The notes under the pieces: model-generated
Databases searched by the model: none
The model's input: the letters and a program-made list of their open reading frames with translations, nothing else
Told to the model about the DNA's origin: nothing
Translations under genes and position numbers: made by a program
Shown: piece by piece, positions 51,867 through 61,755 of the stretch
Layout: each line of letters starts with the position of its first letter
Numbering within the stretch: the first letter of the stretch is position 1
Source: Bacilli bacterium
GTDB taxonomy: Bacteria; Bacillota_I; Bacilli_A; RF39; UBA660
Length of the DNA: 64,000 nucleotides
Direction: 5' to 3'
Assembly: GCA_017936845.1 (NCBI GenBank)
Contig: JAGBES010000023.1
Coordinates: 26,720-90,719, forward strand

Positions 51867-53213
51867 TTATTTTATTTGATTAATTAGTTTATTAATTTCA
51901 AATTCAAAATTTTGATCTTTTTTTATTTGTTTTTTAATTTTATCGACAGAGTGCATAACAGTTGTATGATCTTTCCCACCAAATTCAATTCCTATTTTAG
52001 TCAGAGGTTCTTCTAAAATAATTCTACAAATATACATTGCAATTTGTCTTGGAAATGCAATTGTACTTACTCTTTTTTTACTTTTTAAGTCTTCAACTTT
52101 TATATTATAATGATTAGCAACTATTTGTTGTACTTGATCTATTTTATTTTTAGAAATAATTGTTTTTGAAAAATAATCTTGTAAAGCTTCAATAGCAAGT
52201 GATAATGTAATATCACTACCATTCATCATTGTTGCATAAGCAACTACTCTAGTGATAGCTCCTTCAAGTTTTCTAATATCTCCAGTACAATTACTAGCAA
52301 TATATTCTTTAACATCTTTAGGAAAACTACTATTTAACATATTAGATTCAATTTTGTTATCAATAATATGCATTCTAAGATCAAAATCAGGTGGAAAAAT
52401 ATTAATTGTTAATCCCCAATTAAATCTTGTTAATAATCTTTCTTCTAATAGTTTTAAATCCTCTGGAGATCTATCAGAAGAAATAATTATTTGTTTATTA
52501 TTTCCGTAAAGATCATTAAAAGTATTAAAAAATTCTTGTTGTGTTTGATTTGCATTTCCTAAATATTGAATATCATCAATTATTAAAACATCAATATCAC
52601 GATATTTCTTTTTAAATATTTCTACATTATCAAAATTATTTTTATTTTTCTTCCTTGTAATTCCAATAAAGTCTTCAACAAATCTTTCACAAGTAACATA
52701 TAAAACTCTCTTATTTTTATTTTGTACAATATAATTTCCAATAGCATGCATTAAATGTGTTTTACCAAGTCCACTTTTTCCATATATAAATAAAGGATTA
52801 TACATTTGTCCAGGATTTTCAGCAACTGCAAGTGCAGTTGCATGAGCAAATTTATTACTTTCACCTACTACAAAATTATCAAAATTATATTTAGATATAA
52901 GATTTGTTTCGAAATTATTATTAGGTACCCCTATTTCATCAGTATTTATTTCTATATTATTTTCTATTTCCTCTTCTAATAAATAATCAAATTTAAAATT
53001 AGAACCAGATATTTCAGTAAATACTTCTTCAATTAAATCATTATAATTTTCTTTTAAATTCTTTTTTTGAATATGCATTGATACAACTACAATAGCTTTA
53101 TTATCAACAATTTTATAAAGTTTTGAATCAGCAAACCAAGTATCATAAGAAATTTTAGAAATTTTAGTTTTTATTTTTTCTAAAAAAATATTCCAAAGCT
53201 TATCAATATCCAT
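51867..53213 (-). CDS. dnaA: chromosomal replication initiator DnaA
   Basis: AAA+ motif GKSGLGKTHL and a C-terminal DNA-binding domain. 448 aa. Confidence 0.96.
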   Translation of the reverse strand: MDIDKLWNIFLEKIKTKISKISYDTWFADSKLYKIVDNKAIVVVSMHIQKKNLKENYNDLIEEVFTEISGSNFKFDYLLEEEIENNIEINTDEIGVPNNNFETNLISKYNFDNFVVGESNKFAHATALAVAENPGQMYNPLFIYGKSGLGKTHLMHAIGNYIVQNKNKRVLYVTCERFVEDFIGITRKKNKNNFDNVEIFKKKYRDIDVLIIDDIQYLGNANQTQQEFFNTFNDLYGNNKQIIISSDRSPEDLKLLEERLLTRFNWGLTINIFPPDFDLRMHIIDNKIESNMLNSSFPKDVKEYIASNCTGDIRKLEGAITRVVAYATMMNGSDITLSLAIEALQDYFSKTIISKNKIDQVQQIVANHYNIKVEDLKSKKRVSTIAFPRQIAMYICRIILEEPLTKIGIEFGGKDHTTVMHSVDKIKKQIKKDQNFEFEINKLINQIK

Positions 53214-53289
53214 ATTATTTAACCTTCACCACCTTTAAGAATAAATACAAATATATTTTACCTTAAAAATAAATAAAAAGCAAAGAAAA

Positions 53290-53522
53290 TGTGGAAAAAT
53301 ATAATAATTATATATTTTACACATATAAAAATATTAAAAATAAAGAAAAAAAAGAGTTTTATACATTATTTGTGGAAAACTTAATGTTAAAAAAAATAAA
53401 TGTTAAAAAATAATTAACAATATATGTGGAAAAAATAAAATTTAATTAAAAATAATAATAAAAAAATATATAATAATGTGTAAAAAAATAAAAAAAATAA
53501 TAATATTGAAAATTTTTCCACA
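53290..53522. promoter_or_regulatory. oriC DnaA-box cluster in the dnaA/rpmH divergent spacer
   Basis: TGTGGAAAA at 53290-53298, 53371-53379 and 53426-53434. The reverse form TTTTCCACA at 53514-53522. Degenerate TGTGTAAAA at 53477-53485 and its reverse at 53315-53323. All lie within 240 bp of AT-rich DNA. Confidence 0.7.
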
Positions 53523-53536
53523 ATATAAAAAATAAA

Positions 53537-53565
53537 TTGACAAATAATAAAAAAATCTATATAAT
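53537..53565 (+). promoter_or_regulatory. consensus sigma-A promoter of rpmH (TTGACA-17-TATAAT)
   Basis: Perfect hexamers at 53537..53542 and 53560..53565, upstream of the rpmH RBS GGAGGTG. Confidence 0.65.
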
Positions 53566-53607
53566 TAACTAAGCAAACAAATTTTATCGATACAGGAGGT
53601 GTATAAT

Positions 53608-53730
53608 ATGAAAAGAACTTATCAACCAAATAATAGAAGAAGAAGTAAAAAACAAGGTTTTTTTGCTAGAATGAAAACAAAAATAATAAATAACAGAAGA
53701 AGAAAAGGACGTAAAGTATTATCACGTTAA
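53608..53730 (+). CDS. rpmH: 50S ribosomal protein L34
   Basis: A 40-aa ORF not in the ORF track: [40 protein letters not shown]. Confidence 0.9.
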   Translation: MKRTYQPNNRRRSKKQGFFARMKTKIINNRRRKGRKVLSR

Positions 53731-53758
53731 TAAAATCACTGTATTAATAGTGATTTTT
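53731..53758 (+). terminator. hairpin plus T-tract between rpmH and rnpA (attenuator/terminator)
   Basis: AATCACT-gtattaat-AGTGATT followed by TTTTTT. Confidence 0.5.
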
Positions 53759-53779
53759 TAATATAAGAGGATGATCTAA

Positions 53780-54115
53780 TTGAAAAAAATAAATATATTA
53801 AAAGAAAATAGAGATTTTTCAAGAATTGTAAAAAATAATAAACCATTTAAATATAAAGGATATGTAGTTTATTTAGAATTGAAAAAAGAAGAATATTATA
53901 AATTTGGTATAAGTGTTAGCAAGAAAATAGCAAATGCTGTTGGTAGAAATAAAATAAAACGCCAAGTAAGAGAAATTATTTCTAAAAATATCTATGAAAA
54001 AAATTTTAATTGTATTATAATAATAAGAAGAAGTTATTTAGAAAATAACTTTGAACAAAATAAAGAAGATTTATTGTTTATATTAAAAAAATTAAAATTA
54101 ATAAAGGAGAATTAA
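53780..54115 (+). CDS. rnpA: ribonuclease P protein component
   Basis: TTG start with an RBS AAGAGGATGA. Basic, 111 aa, with an RNR-like motif region. Confidence 0.88.
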   Translation: MKKINILKENRDFSRIVKNNKPFKYKGYVVYLELKKEEYYKFGISVSKKIANAVGRNKIKRQVREIISKNIYEKNFNCIIIIRRSYLENNFEQNKEDLLFILKKLKLIKEN

Positions 54116-55069
54116 ATGAAAAAAAATAAATATATAAAAATTTTAATATTATTAATGTTAGTATTAACATTAACAGGATGTACAAAATATGGAAAAGATA
54201 ATAATAAAAAAGCAATAGTTAATGAAAAAACTGGACAAAGATTAGTAACAAATATATTATGTAAACCAACAGATAAAGATATGATTGAATTATATGATTC
54301 ATATAATAAATCCTCAAAGAAAAAAGTTGATTTAGAAAAATTAGATAATTGTAAAAATATGAAAATACAAGGTGAATATCAAGATTTATGGACTAATATA
54401 TTCGTAAAACCATTAGCTTGGTTTATAATTAAAATAGGAAATTTTTTAAAAAGTTATGGATTAGCATTAATAATAGCTACATTGATAATAAGATTAATAG
54501 CTTATCCATTTACAAAAAAAGCAGCAATGCAATCAGAAAATATGAAAAAAGCAAGTCCTGCGTTAGAAAAATTAGAAAGAAAATATCAAAATAAAACAGA
54601 TCAAGAATCAATGATGAAAAAATCACAAGAAATGATGATTATATATAAACAAAATAATATTAATCCAATGTCTACATGTTTATTTACATTTTTTCAAATT
54701 CCATTATTCTTTGCATTTTATGAAGCAATTAGTAGAATACCTATAATTTTTGAAGAAAAATTTTTAGGATTTGAATTAGGAACAAGTCCAATAAATGCTG
54801 TAACAATGGGTGATTATAAATATTTGATATTTATAGTTTTAATAGGAGCAGCAACATATTTTTCATTTAAATTAAATAGTGGTTCAGCAATGAATAAAGA
54901 ACAAGAAAAACAAATGAAAATGATGTCTAATGTTATGGTAATAGTTATGACAATAACAGCATTTTCAATATCAACAGGAATAGCATTTTATTGGATAACT
55001 ACAAATGTATTTACGATTATTCAAAACCTATTAGTAAAGAGAGGTAAGAATAAAAATGAAAATAATTAA
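54116..55069 (+). CDS. yidC: membrane protein insertase YidC/Oxa1-family lipoprotein
   Basis: Lipobox LTLTGC and a polytopic core. 317 aa. Confidence 0.9.
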   Translation: MKKNKYIKILILLMLVLTLTGCTKYGKDNNKKAIVNEKTGQRLVTNILCKPTDKDMIELYDSYNKSSKKKVDLEKLDNCKNMKIQGEYQDLWTNIFVKPLAWFIIKIGNFLKSYGLALIIATLIIRLIAYPFTKKAAMQSENMKKASPALEKLERKYQNKTDQESMMKKSQEMMIIYKQNNINPMSTCLFTFFQIPLFFAFYEAISRIPIIFEEKFLGFELGTSPINAVTMGDYKYLIFIVLIGAATYFSFKLNSGSAMNKEQEKQMKMMSNVMVIVMTITAFSISTGIAFYWITTNVFTIIQNLLVKRGKNKNENN

Positions 55070-55667
55070 TTATGAAGCTAAAACAGAAGAAGAAGCACTA
55101 AATAAAGTTTTAAAAGAATTAGAATGTGAAAAAAATGAAATCATATCTAAAACTACATATATAGAGGGAAAACTATTTAAAAGTGCTAAATATCAAATAG
55201 AAGCAGTAAAAGTAGAAGAAATTATAAAATATTTAAATGATTATTTTAAAGAATATTCAAAATTAATAAATATAGATATTAATTCAGATATATTATATAA
55301 TAATGATTGTTTTAATGTGGTATTAGTAACTTCTAATAATTCTATATTTATAGGAAAAGAAGGAAAAAATTTAAATGCATTACAAAATATAGTAAGACAA
55401 AATTTAAAAATAGAAACAGGTATGTTTATAAAAGTAAATATAGATATAAGTAATTATAAAATAAAAAAATTGAATATTTTAGCTAAAGAAGTAAAAAAAA
55501 TAGCTAAAGAGGTAGAAAAAACAAAATTAAATGTATCACTTGATCCAATGAATTCATATGAAAGAAGATATATACACAGTATAATAAATGAATATAAAGA
55601 TTTAGAAACTGAAAGTGTTGGAGAAGGAAAAGAAAGACATATTATAATAAAATATATAGAAAAATAA
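55056..55667 (+). CDS. jag: Jag/KhpB RNA-binding protein (Jag_N, KH and R3H domains)
   Basis: R3H motif region SYERRYIHS. 203 aa, downstream of yidC. Confidence 0.85.
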   Translation: MKIINYEAKTEEEALNKVLKELECEKNEIISKTTYIEGKLFKSAKYQIEAVKVEEIIKYLNDYFKEYSKLINIDINSDILYNNDCFNVVLVTSNNSIFIGKEGKNLNALQNIVRQNLKIETGMFIKVNIDISNYKIKKLNILAKEVKKIAKEVEKTKLNVSLDPMNSYERRYIHSIINEYKDLETESVGEGKERHIIIKYIEK

Positions 55668-55697
55668 ATATATGTTTTTTTTTTAGGAGGTATAAAA

Positions 55698-57053
55698 ATG
55701 GATGATACAATCGCAGCTATATCAACATCAAGTGGTGTCGGAGCAATATCAATTATAAGAGTAAGTGGAAAAGATTCTATACAAATAGTTAATAAAATAT
55801 TTAAAGGAAAAAATTTAAATAATGTAAAAACACATACTATTAATTATGGATATATCGTTGAAAAAGAAAAAAAGATAGATGAAGTATTAGTAACAGTAAT
55901 GAAAGCTCCTAAGACATTTACAGCAGAAGATACAGTAGAAATAAATTGTCATGGTGGAATAATAACAACAAAAAAAATATTAGAATTATTAATTTTAAAT
56001 GGTTGTAGATTAGCAGAACCGGGTGAATTTACAAAAAGAGCATATTTAAATGAAAGAATTGATTTATTAGAAGCTGAAGCAGTAATGGATATAATAAATT
56101 CTAAAACAGAAAAATCATTATCTCTAGCAATTAATCAATTGAGTGGAAATACTTCAAATTTAATAAATAAACTAAAAGAAAAAGAATTAAAAATATTATC
56201 AAATATAGAAGTAAATATAGACTATCCAGAATATGAAGATATAGAAGTATTAACAAATGATAAAATATTACCAAAATTAGAAGAAATAAAAGAAGAAATG
56301 AAAGATATAATAAAAAATAGTGAAGAAGGAAAATTAATAAAAGAAGGAATTAATACTGCAATAATAGGAAGACCAAATGTAGGAAAAAGCAGTTTACTTA
56401 ATTTACTATTAGAAGAAGAAAAAGCAATAGTAACAGATATAGAAGGAACAACAAGAGATATAATAGAGGGGAAAATAGTATTAAATGGAATAATACTTAA
56501 TATATTAGATACAGCAGGCATTAGAAAAACTGATAATATAGTAGAAGAAATAGGCGTAAAAAAAAGTATAGAATTAATAGATAAATCAGATTTAATACTA
56601 TTTGTACTTAATAATAATGAACAATTAACAGAAGAAGAAATGAATATAATGGAAAAAGTAAAAGAAAAAAAATATATAACAATAATTAATAAATGTGATT
56701 TAGAAAATAAATTAGAAATAGAAAAGTTAAATTTAAAAAATATAATATATATGAGTACTTTAAATAAAGAAGGAATTATAGAATTGAAAAATAAAATAAT
56801 AGAAATCTATGATTTAGAAGAAATAGAAAATAATGATATGACATATTTAAATAATGCTAGAAGTATTGCTTTATTAAAAGAATCATTAAATTTGGTAGAA
56901 AATGCTATAAAAAATATAAAAAATGCTTTTCCAATTGATATTGTAGAAATAGATATTAAAGAAAGTTGTACAAAATTAAATGAAATTTTAGGTGAAAATT
57001 ATAATGAAAATTTATTAAATGAGTTATTTTCAAATTTTTGTTTAGGTAAATAG
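55698..57053 (+). CDS. mnmE: tRNA modification GTPase MnmE
   Basis: G1 motif GRPNVGKSSL, G3 motif DTAG, and a C-terminal CLGK. Confidence 0.95.
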   Translation: MDDTIAAISTSSGVGAISIIRVSGKDSIQIVNKIFKGKNLNNVKTHTINYGYIVEKEKKIDEVLVTVMKAPKTFTAEDTVEINCHGGIITTKKILELLILNGCRLAEPGEFTKRAYLNERIDLLEAEAVMDIINSKTEKSLSLAINQLSGNTSNLINKLKEKELKILSNIEVNIDYPEYEDIEVLTNDKILPKLEEIKEEMKDIIKNSEEGKLIKEGINTAIIGRPNVGKSSLLNLLLEEEKAIVTDIEGTTRDIIEGKIVLNGIILNILDTAGIRKTDNIVEEIGVKKSIELIDKSDLILFVLNNNEQLTEEEMNIMEKVKEKKYITIINKCDLENKLEIEKLNLKNIIYMSTLNKEGIIELKNKIIEIYDLEEIENNDMTYLNNARSIALLKESLNLVENAIKNIKNAFPIDIVEIDIKESCTKLNEILGENYNENLLNELFSNFCLGK

Positions 57054-57189
57054 TATGAAAAAAATAAAGATTAATAGATTTAAATAAAATATAATGTAAT
57101 TATAAAAAATTAAATGAAATATTTAATTTTTTTTCTTGTTAACAGTAGAAAATAATAGTATAATAATTTGCGTATAAAGAGGTGTAACT

Positions 57190-59064
57190 ATGAATTATGA
57201 AATAATTGTTGTAGGTGGAGGACATGCAGGTTGTGAAGCAGCTTTAGCCTCAGCTAGAAAAGGACATAATACTTTATTAATAACAGGAAATATTAATAAT
57301 ATTGCTGATATGCCATGTAATCCATCAATTGGAGGAAGTGCTAAAGGAATAGTTGTTAGAGAAATAGATGCTTTAGGTGGAGAAATGGGTGTTAATGCTG
57401 ATAAAGGATTAATTCAAATAAAAATGTTAAATAGTGGTAAAGGTCCTGCAGTTCAAGCATTAAGAGCACAAGCTGATAAAATAACATATCCAAAAGAAAT
57501 GTTAAAAACATTAAAAAATACCAAAAATTTAGAAATAAAAGAAGGTATGGTAGAAGATTTAATAATAGAAGAAAATAAAGTTAAAGGAATTATTTTAGAA
57601 GATAACACTAAAATATTATCAGAAATTGTTATTTTAACTACTGGTACATATTTAAAAGCAGATATAATGGTTGGTGATACTAGAAGAAGAGAAGGTCCAC
57701 ATGGCGAAAGACCATCAAATCATTTAAGTGATAATTTAAGAAAATATGGTTTAAAAATAATAAGACTTAAAACAGGTACACCACAAAGAATAGATAAAAA
57801 TTCTATAGATTTTACTAAAACAAAAAAAGAATTAGGAGATAATGTATATAGAACATTTAGTTTTGATAGAAAAGCATCATATGACATAGATAAACAAGTT
57901 CCATGTCATTTAGTTTATACAACAGAAGAAACACATAAAATAATAAGAGAAAATTTAAATAAATCAAGTATGTATGGAGGACTTAATGATGTAACAGGAG
58001 TAGGTCCTAGATATTGTCCATCAATAGAAGATAAAGTAGTAAGATTTGCAGATAAAGAAAGACATCAATTATTTTTGGAACCAGAAAGTTTATATTATGA
58101 TGATATTTATTTACAAGGTTTTTCAACATCAATGCCATATGATGTACAAGAGAAAATGGTTCATTCAATAAAAGGACTTGAAAATGCTAAAATATTAAAA
58201 TATGCATATGCTATAGAATATGATGCTATTTATCCAACACAAATGAAATTATCGTTAGAAAATAAAATAATAGAAAATTTATTTACAGCCGGTCAAATAA
58301 ATGGAACAAGTGGATATGAAGAAGCAGCAGGTCAAGGACTTATAGCTGGAATAAATGCTGCCTTAAAATTAGAAGGAAAAGATCCATTAATATTAAAAAG
58401 AAATGAAGCTTATATTGGAGTATTAATAGATGATTTAGTAACAAAAGGAATTAGAGATCCATATAGATTATTAACTTCACGTGCAGAATATAGATTATTA
58501 CTTAGAAGTGATAATGCAGATTTAAGGTTAAGAGAATATGGTCATCAAGTAGGATTAATAAATGATGAAAGATATAATAATTATTTAAATAAAATAAAAA
58601 AAATAGAAGAAGTAAAAGAAATATTGAATAATAATAAAATTACACCAACAGAAGAAGTGAATAAATTTTTAGAAGAACATAATTCATCAATATTAAAAGA
58701 TGGTATAAGTTTATATAATTTACTTAAAAGAACTGAAATAAATATGGAAAATATAAAAAATTTTATAGAACTAAATTATGAAGAAGAAATATTAAATGAA
58801 GTAGAAATTGATATAAAATATGAAGGATATATTAAAAAAGCTAATCAAGAAGCAGAAAAAATGTTAAAATTAGAGAATAAAAAAATACCAAAAGATATAG
58901 ATTATTCAAAAATAAAAAATATAGCAAGTGAAGCAAAACAAAAATTACAAGAAATAAATCCAGAATCATTAGGTCAAGCACTTAGAATAAGTGGTGTAAA
59001 TCCAAGTGATATTTCAATTTTATCTGTTTACTTAAAAAGAAATTATAAAAATGAATCAAAGTAG
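57190..59064 (+). CDS. mnmG: tRNA uridine 5-carboxymethylaminomethyl modification enzyme MnmG
   Basis: FAD-binding motif [12 protein letters not shown]. 624 aa. Confidence 0.96.
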   Translation: MNYEIIVVGGGHAGCEAALASARKGHNTLLITGNINNIADMPCNPSIGGSAKGIVVREIDALGGEMGVNADKGLIQIKMLNSGKGPAVQALRAQADKITYPKEMLKTLKNTKNLEIKEGMVEDLIIEENKVKGIILEDNTKILSEIVILTTGTYLKADIMVGDTRRREGPHGERPSNHLSDNLRKYGLKIIRLKTGTPQRIDKNSIDFTKTKKELGDNVYRTFSFDRKASYDIDKQVPCHLVYTTEETHKIIRENLNKSSMYGGLNDVTGVGPRYCPSIEDKVVRFADKERHQLFLEPESLYYDDIYLQGFSTSMPYDVQEKMVHSIKGLENAKILKYAYAIEYDAIYPTQMKLSLENKIIENLFTAGQINGTSGYEEAAGQGLIAGINAALKLEGKDPLILKRNEAYIGVLIDDLVTKGIRDPYRLLTSRAEYRLLLRSDNADLRLREYGHQVGLINDERYNNYLNKIKKIEEVKEILNNNKITPTEEVNKFLEEHNSSILKDGISLYNLLKRTEINMENIKNFIELNYEEEILNEVEIDIKYEGYIKKANQEAEKMLKLENKKIPKDIDYSKIKNIASEAKQKLQEINPESLGQALRISGVNPSDISILSVYLKRNYKNESK

Positions 59065-59755
59065 ATTTATAGAAGAATTACAAAAATTAAATATAGAAAT
59101 AACAGATAAACAATTGAAAGATTTAGAGACTTATTATGAAATGTTAATTGAGTATAATAAAAAAATGAATTTAACAGGAATAACAGAAAAAGAACAAGTA
59201 TATTTAAAGCATTTTTATGATTCACTTACTATAATGAAAATAATAGATTTAAAAGAACAAGAAACACTTTGTGATATAGGTACAGGAGCAGGTTTTCCAG
59301 GAATGGTACTTAAAATATTTTTTCCTAAACTAAAAGTTACATTAGTAGATTCCTTAAATAAAAGAGTAGAGTTTCTAAAAGATGTCAAGAAAAAATTAAA
59401 TTTAGAAAATTTAGAGATAATACATTCTAGGGCAGAAGAATTTGCTAAAGAAAATATAGAAAAGTTTGATGTAGTAACAGCACGAGCAGTCGCACATTTA
59501 TCAATTCTTTTAGAATATTCACTTCCAATGATAAAAATAAATAAATATTTTATTGCTATGAAAGGAAATATAAAAGAAGAATTAGAAGAAAGTAAAAATG
59601 CTATAAAAATATTAAATTCAAAATTAGAAAAAGTGATAGAATTTAAATTACCAATAGAAGAAAGTACTAGAAATTTAGTTAAAATAGTAAAAATATCTAA
59701 AACAAATATTAAGTATCCAAGAAAATATAGTGAAATTAAAAAGAAAAAATTGTAG
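59051..59755 (+). CDS. rsmG: 16S rRNA (guanine527-N7)-methyltransferase
   Basis: SAM motif [10 protein letters not shown]. 234 aa. Confidence 0.93.
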   Translation: MNQSRFIEELQKLNIEITDKQLKDLETYYEMLIEYNKKMNLTGITEKEQVYLKHFYDSLTIMKIIDLKEQETLCDIGTGAGFPGMVLKIFFPKLKVTLVDSLNKRVEFLKDVKKKLNLENLEIIHSRAEEFAKENIEKFDVVTARAVAHLSILLEYSLPMIKINKYFIAMKGNIKEELEESKNAIKILNSKLEKVIEFKLPIEESTRNLVKIVKISKTNIKYPRKYSEIKKKKL

Positions 59756-59851
59756 TTTTTCTTTTTTTATTGAAATTATTTCCCGGAAAATATTGAAAAT
59801 TAAAAAAAAATATAGTATTATTATATGGAATAGGAAAAGGGGAAGATAAAA

Positions 59852-61372
59852 ATGAGAATGAGGAAGGAAGTTTTTATTCTTAGCATTGATGATATTTTAC
59901 CAAATAGATTTCAACCAAGAATAAAATTTGACGAAAAAGCAATTTTAGAATTAGCAGAATCAATAAAAAAACATGGTGTAATACAACCAATTATTGTTAG
60001 AAAAATATCGGATAAATATGAAATAATTGCGGGAGAAAGAAGATATAAAGCAAGTGTTATTGCAGGAAGAAAAACAATACCAGCTATAATAACAGATGTA
60101 GATGATAAAGAGAGTGCTGAAATAGCTTTAATAGAAAATGTTCAAAGACAAGACATGACACCTATAGAAGAAGCAATATCTTATAAAAAAATATTAGATA
60201 TGGGTTATTTAAATCAATCAGAATTAGCTTTAAAATTAGGAAAAACTCAATCAACAATTGCTAATAAATTAAGACTTTTAAATTTATCGGATGAAGTACA
60301 AGAAGCATTATTAGATGAAAAAATATCTGAACGTCATGCAAGATCTTTATTAAGATTACAACAAAAAGATCAAAAAGATGTATTAAATAAGATAATAACA
60401 GAAAGATTAACAGTTAGAAAAACTGATCAATTAATAAATCAAATTTTATCAAATGATAATGATTCAAAAAATAATCAAAATAGTGAAAAAATAATTACAA
60501 AAAATAATCAAATAATAGAAGAAAAAGGTGATAATATGAATAATGAGAATAATAATATAAATAATAGTTTTAATATACCAACAAATCCAATAATAGAAAA
60601 TGAATCAAATTCAAATCCAGGATTTATGAATATATCAGATATAGAAAATAATGCGCAAGATATAAATAATAATCCACAACCTCAAAATAATCCATTTAAT
60701 CCTTTTGGAAACTCACAACCATTTAATCCATTTATGCAACCAACAGAACAACCAATTCAACAAATGGAACAACAAGTTGAACCACAACAATTTAATGAAC
60801 CAATAGCACAAGAAAATAATCAAATGGAACAACCATTTAATCCATTTATGCAACCATTAGAACAACCAACTCAACAAATGGAACAATCAGTAGAACCACA
60901 ACAATTTAATGAACCAATAGCACAAGAAAATAATCAAATGGAGCAACCATTTAATCCATTTATGCAACCAGTAGAACAACCAATTCAACAAATGGAACAA
61001 TCAGCAGAACCACAACAATTTAATGAACCAATAGCACAAGAAAATAATCAAATGGAACAACCATTTAATCCATTTATGCAACCAACAGAACAACCAACTC
61101 AACAAATGGAACAACCATTTAATTCATTTGTTCAATCAACGCCAATTTATGATCAATCTTACTCAGATTATCCATTACCAGAAGATAAAGAATTAACTCC
61201 ATTAATGCCAAATATGCAACAAGAACCAGAAAGAAGAGCTGACTTGAGAACTGTTATTAATATTATAAGAGATTGTACTAATTCAATAGAAGCAATGGGA
61301 TATAAAATAGATGTTGATGAATTAGATTTTGAAAATACATATGAATTTTCAATAAAAATTGAAAAAGAATAA
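59852..61372 (+). CDS. ParB/Noc-family protein (N-terminal ParB domain plus HTH) with a long Q/P/N-rich tandem-repeat linker and a short C-terminal domain
   Basis: The N-terminal 190 aa carry ParB motifs (IIAGERRYKAS, an HTH). Residues ~290-420 consist of three and a half copies of a 38-aa unit (PFNPFMQPxEQPxQQMEQxxEPQQFNEPIAQENNQMEQ). The gene sits in the noc position after rsmG, but without a parA partner. Confidence 0.85.
   Translation: MRMRKEVFILSIDDILPNRFQPRIKFDEKAILELAESIKKHGVIQPIIVRKISDKYEIIAGERRYKASVIAGRKTIPAIITDVDDKESAEIALIENVQRQDMTPIEEAISYKKILDMGYLNQSELALKLGKTQSTIANKLRLLNLSDEVQEALLDEKISERHARSLLRLQQKDQKDVLNKIITERLTVRKTDQLINQILSNDNDSKNNQNSEKIITKNNQIIEEKGDNMNNENNNINNSFNIPTNPIIENESNSNPGFMNISDIENNAQDINNNPQPQNNPFNPFGNSQPFNPFMQPTEQPIQQMEQQVEPQQFNEPIAQENNQMEQPFNPFMQPLEQPTQQMEQSVEPQQFNEPIAQENNQMEQPFNPFMQPVEQPIQQMEQSAEPQQFNEPIAQENNQMEQPFNPFMQPTEQPTQQMEQPFNSFVQSTPIYDQSYSDYPLPEDKELTPLMPNMQQEPERRADLRTVINIIRDCTNSIEAMGYKIDVDELDFENTYEFSIKIEKE
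60719..61114 (+). repeat. 114-bp in-frame tandem repeat, about 3.5 copies at more than 95% identity, inside the ParB/Noc-like gene
   Basis: Units begin at 60719, 60833, 60947 and 61061 (partial), and differ by only a few substitutions. Confidence 0.9.
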
Positions 61373-61424
61373 TTAAATATTCTTTTTTTTTAAATTATGA
61401 TATAATAATAAGGGAGGAATAAAC

Positions 61425-61667
61425 ATGCAAGAAAAAAAAGATTTATATGTTAATGAAGAAGTTTTAAGAAAATGTGGTAAATCAAATGAAGAAATAAAAC
61501 AATTAGCAATAAAAAATGGTAGAGAATTTGCACGACAAAATTATGAAAATTTTAATATACTAGGAAAATTTTACCTTCAAAATTTTATGTTAGGAATTCA
61601 ATTAGAAACACAAAAAATAGAAGAAGAAGAAAAACAATTAGCTGAAGAAAAACCAAAAGCATTATAA
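61425..61667 (+). CDS. hypothetical protein (80 aa)
   Basis: A strong RBS AAGGGAGGA, an intrinsic terminator immediately downstream, and a charged helical sequence. No family recognised. Confidence 0.5.
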   Translation: MQEKKDLYVNEEVLRKCGKSNEEIKQLAIKNGREFARQNYENFNILGKFYLQNFMLGIQLETQKIEEEEKQLAEEKPKAL

Positions 61668-61692
61668 GAAGATAATCTTCTTTTTTATTTAT
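61668..61692 (+). terminator. intrinsic terminator (AGAAGAT-A-ATCTTCT plus T-tract)
   Basis: A hairpin followed by TTTTTTATTT. Confidence 0.55.
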
Positions 61693-61755
61693 AGTAAAAA
61701 TATTGTTTTATTATAAATAAAATGATAAAATACATACAATTAAAGGAATGATAAT

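Noticed and set aside
53414-53629. A 71-aa minus-strand ORF in the dnaA/rpmH spacer.
   Set aside because: It overlaps the DnaA-box cluster, the rpmH promoter and the rpmH start. Its F/L/I/Y-only composition is an artefact of AT-rich oriC DNA.
60719-61114. The tandem repeat array considered as a possible CRISPR or satellite.
   Set aside because: The repeats are 114 bp, contiguous, in frame, and inside a ParB-like CDS. There are no spacers, and no cas genes nearby.
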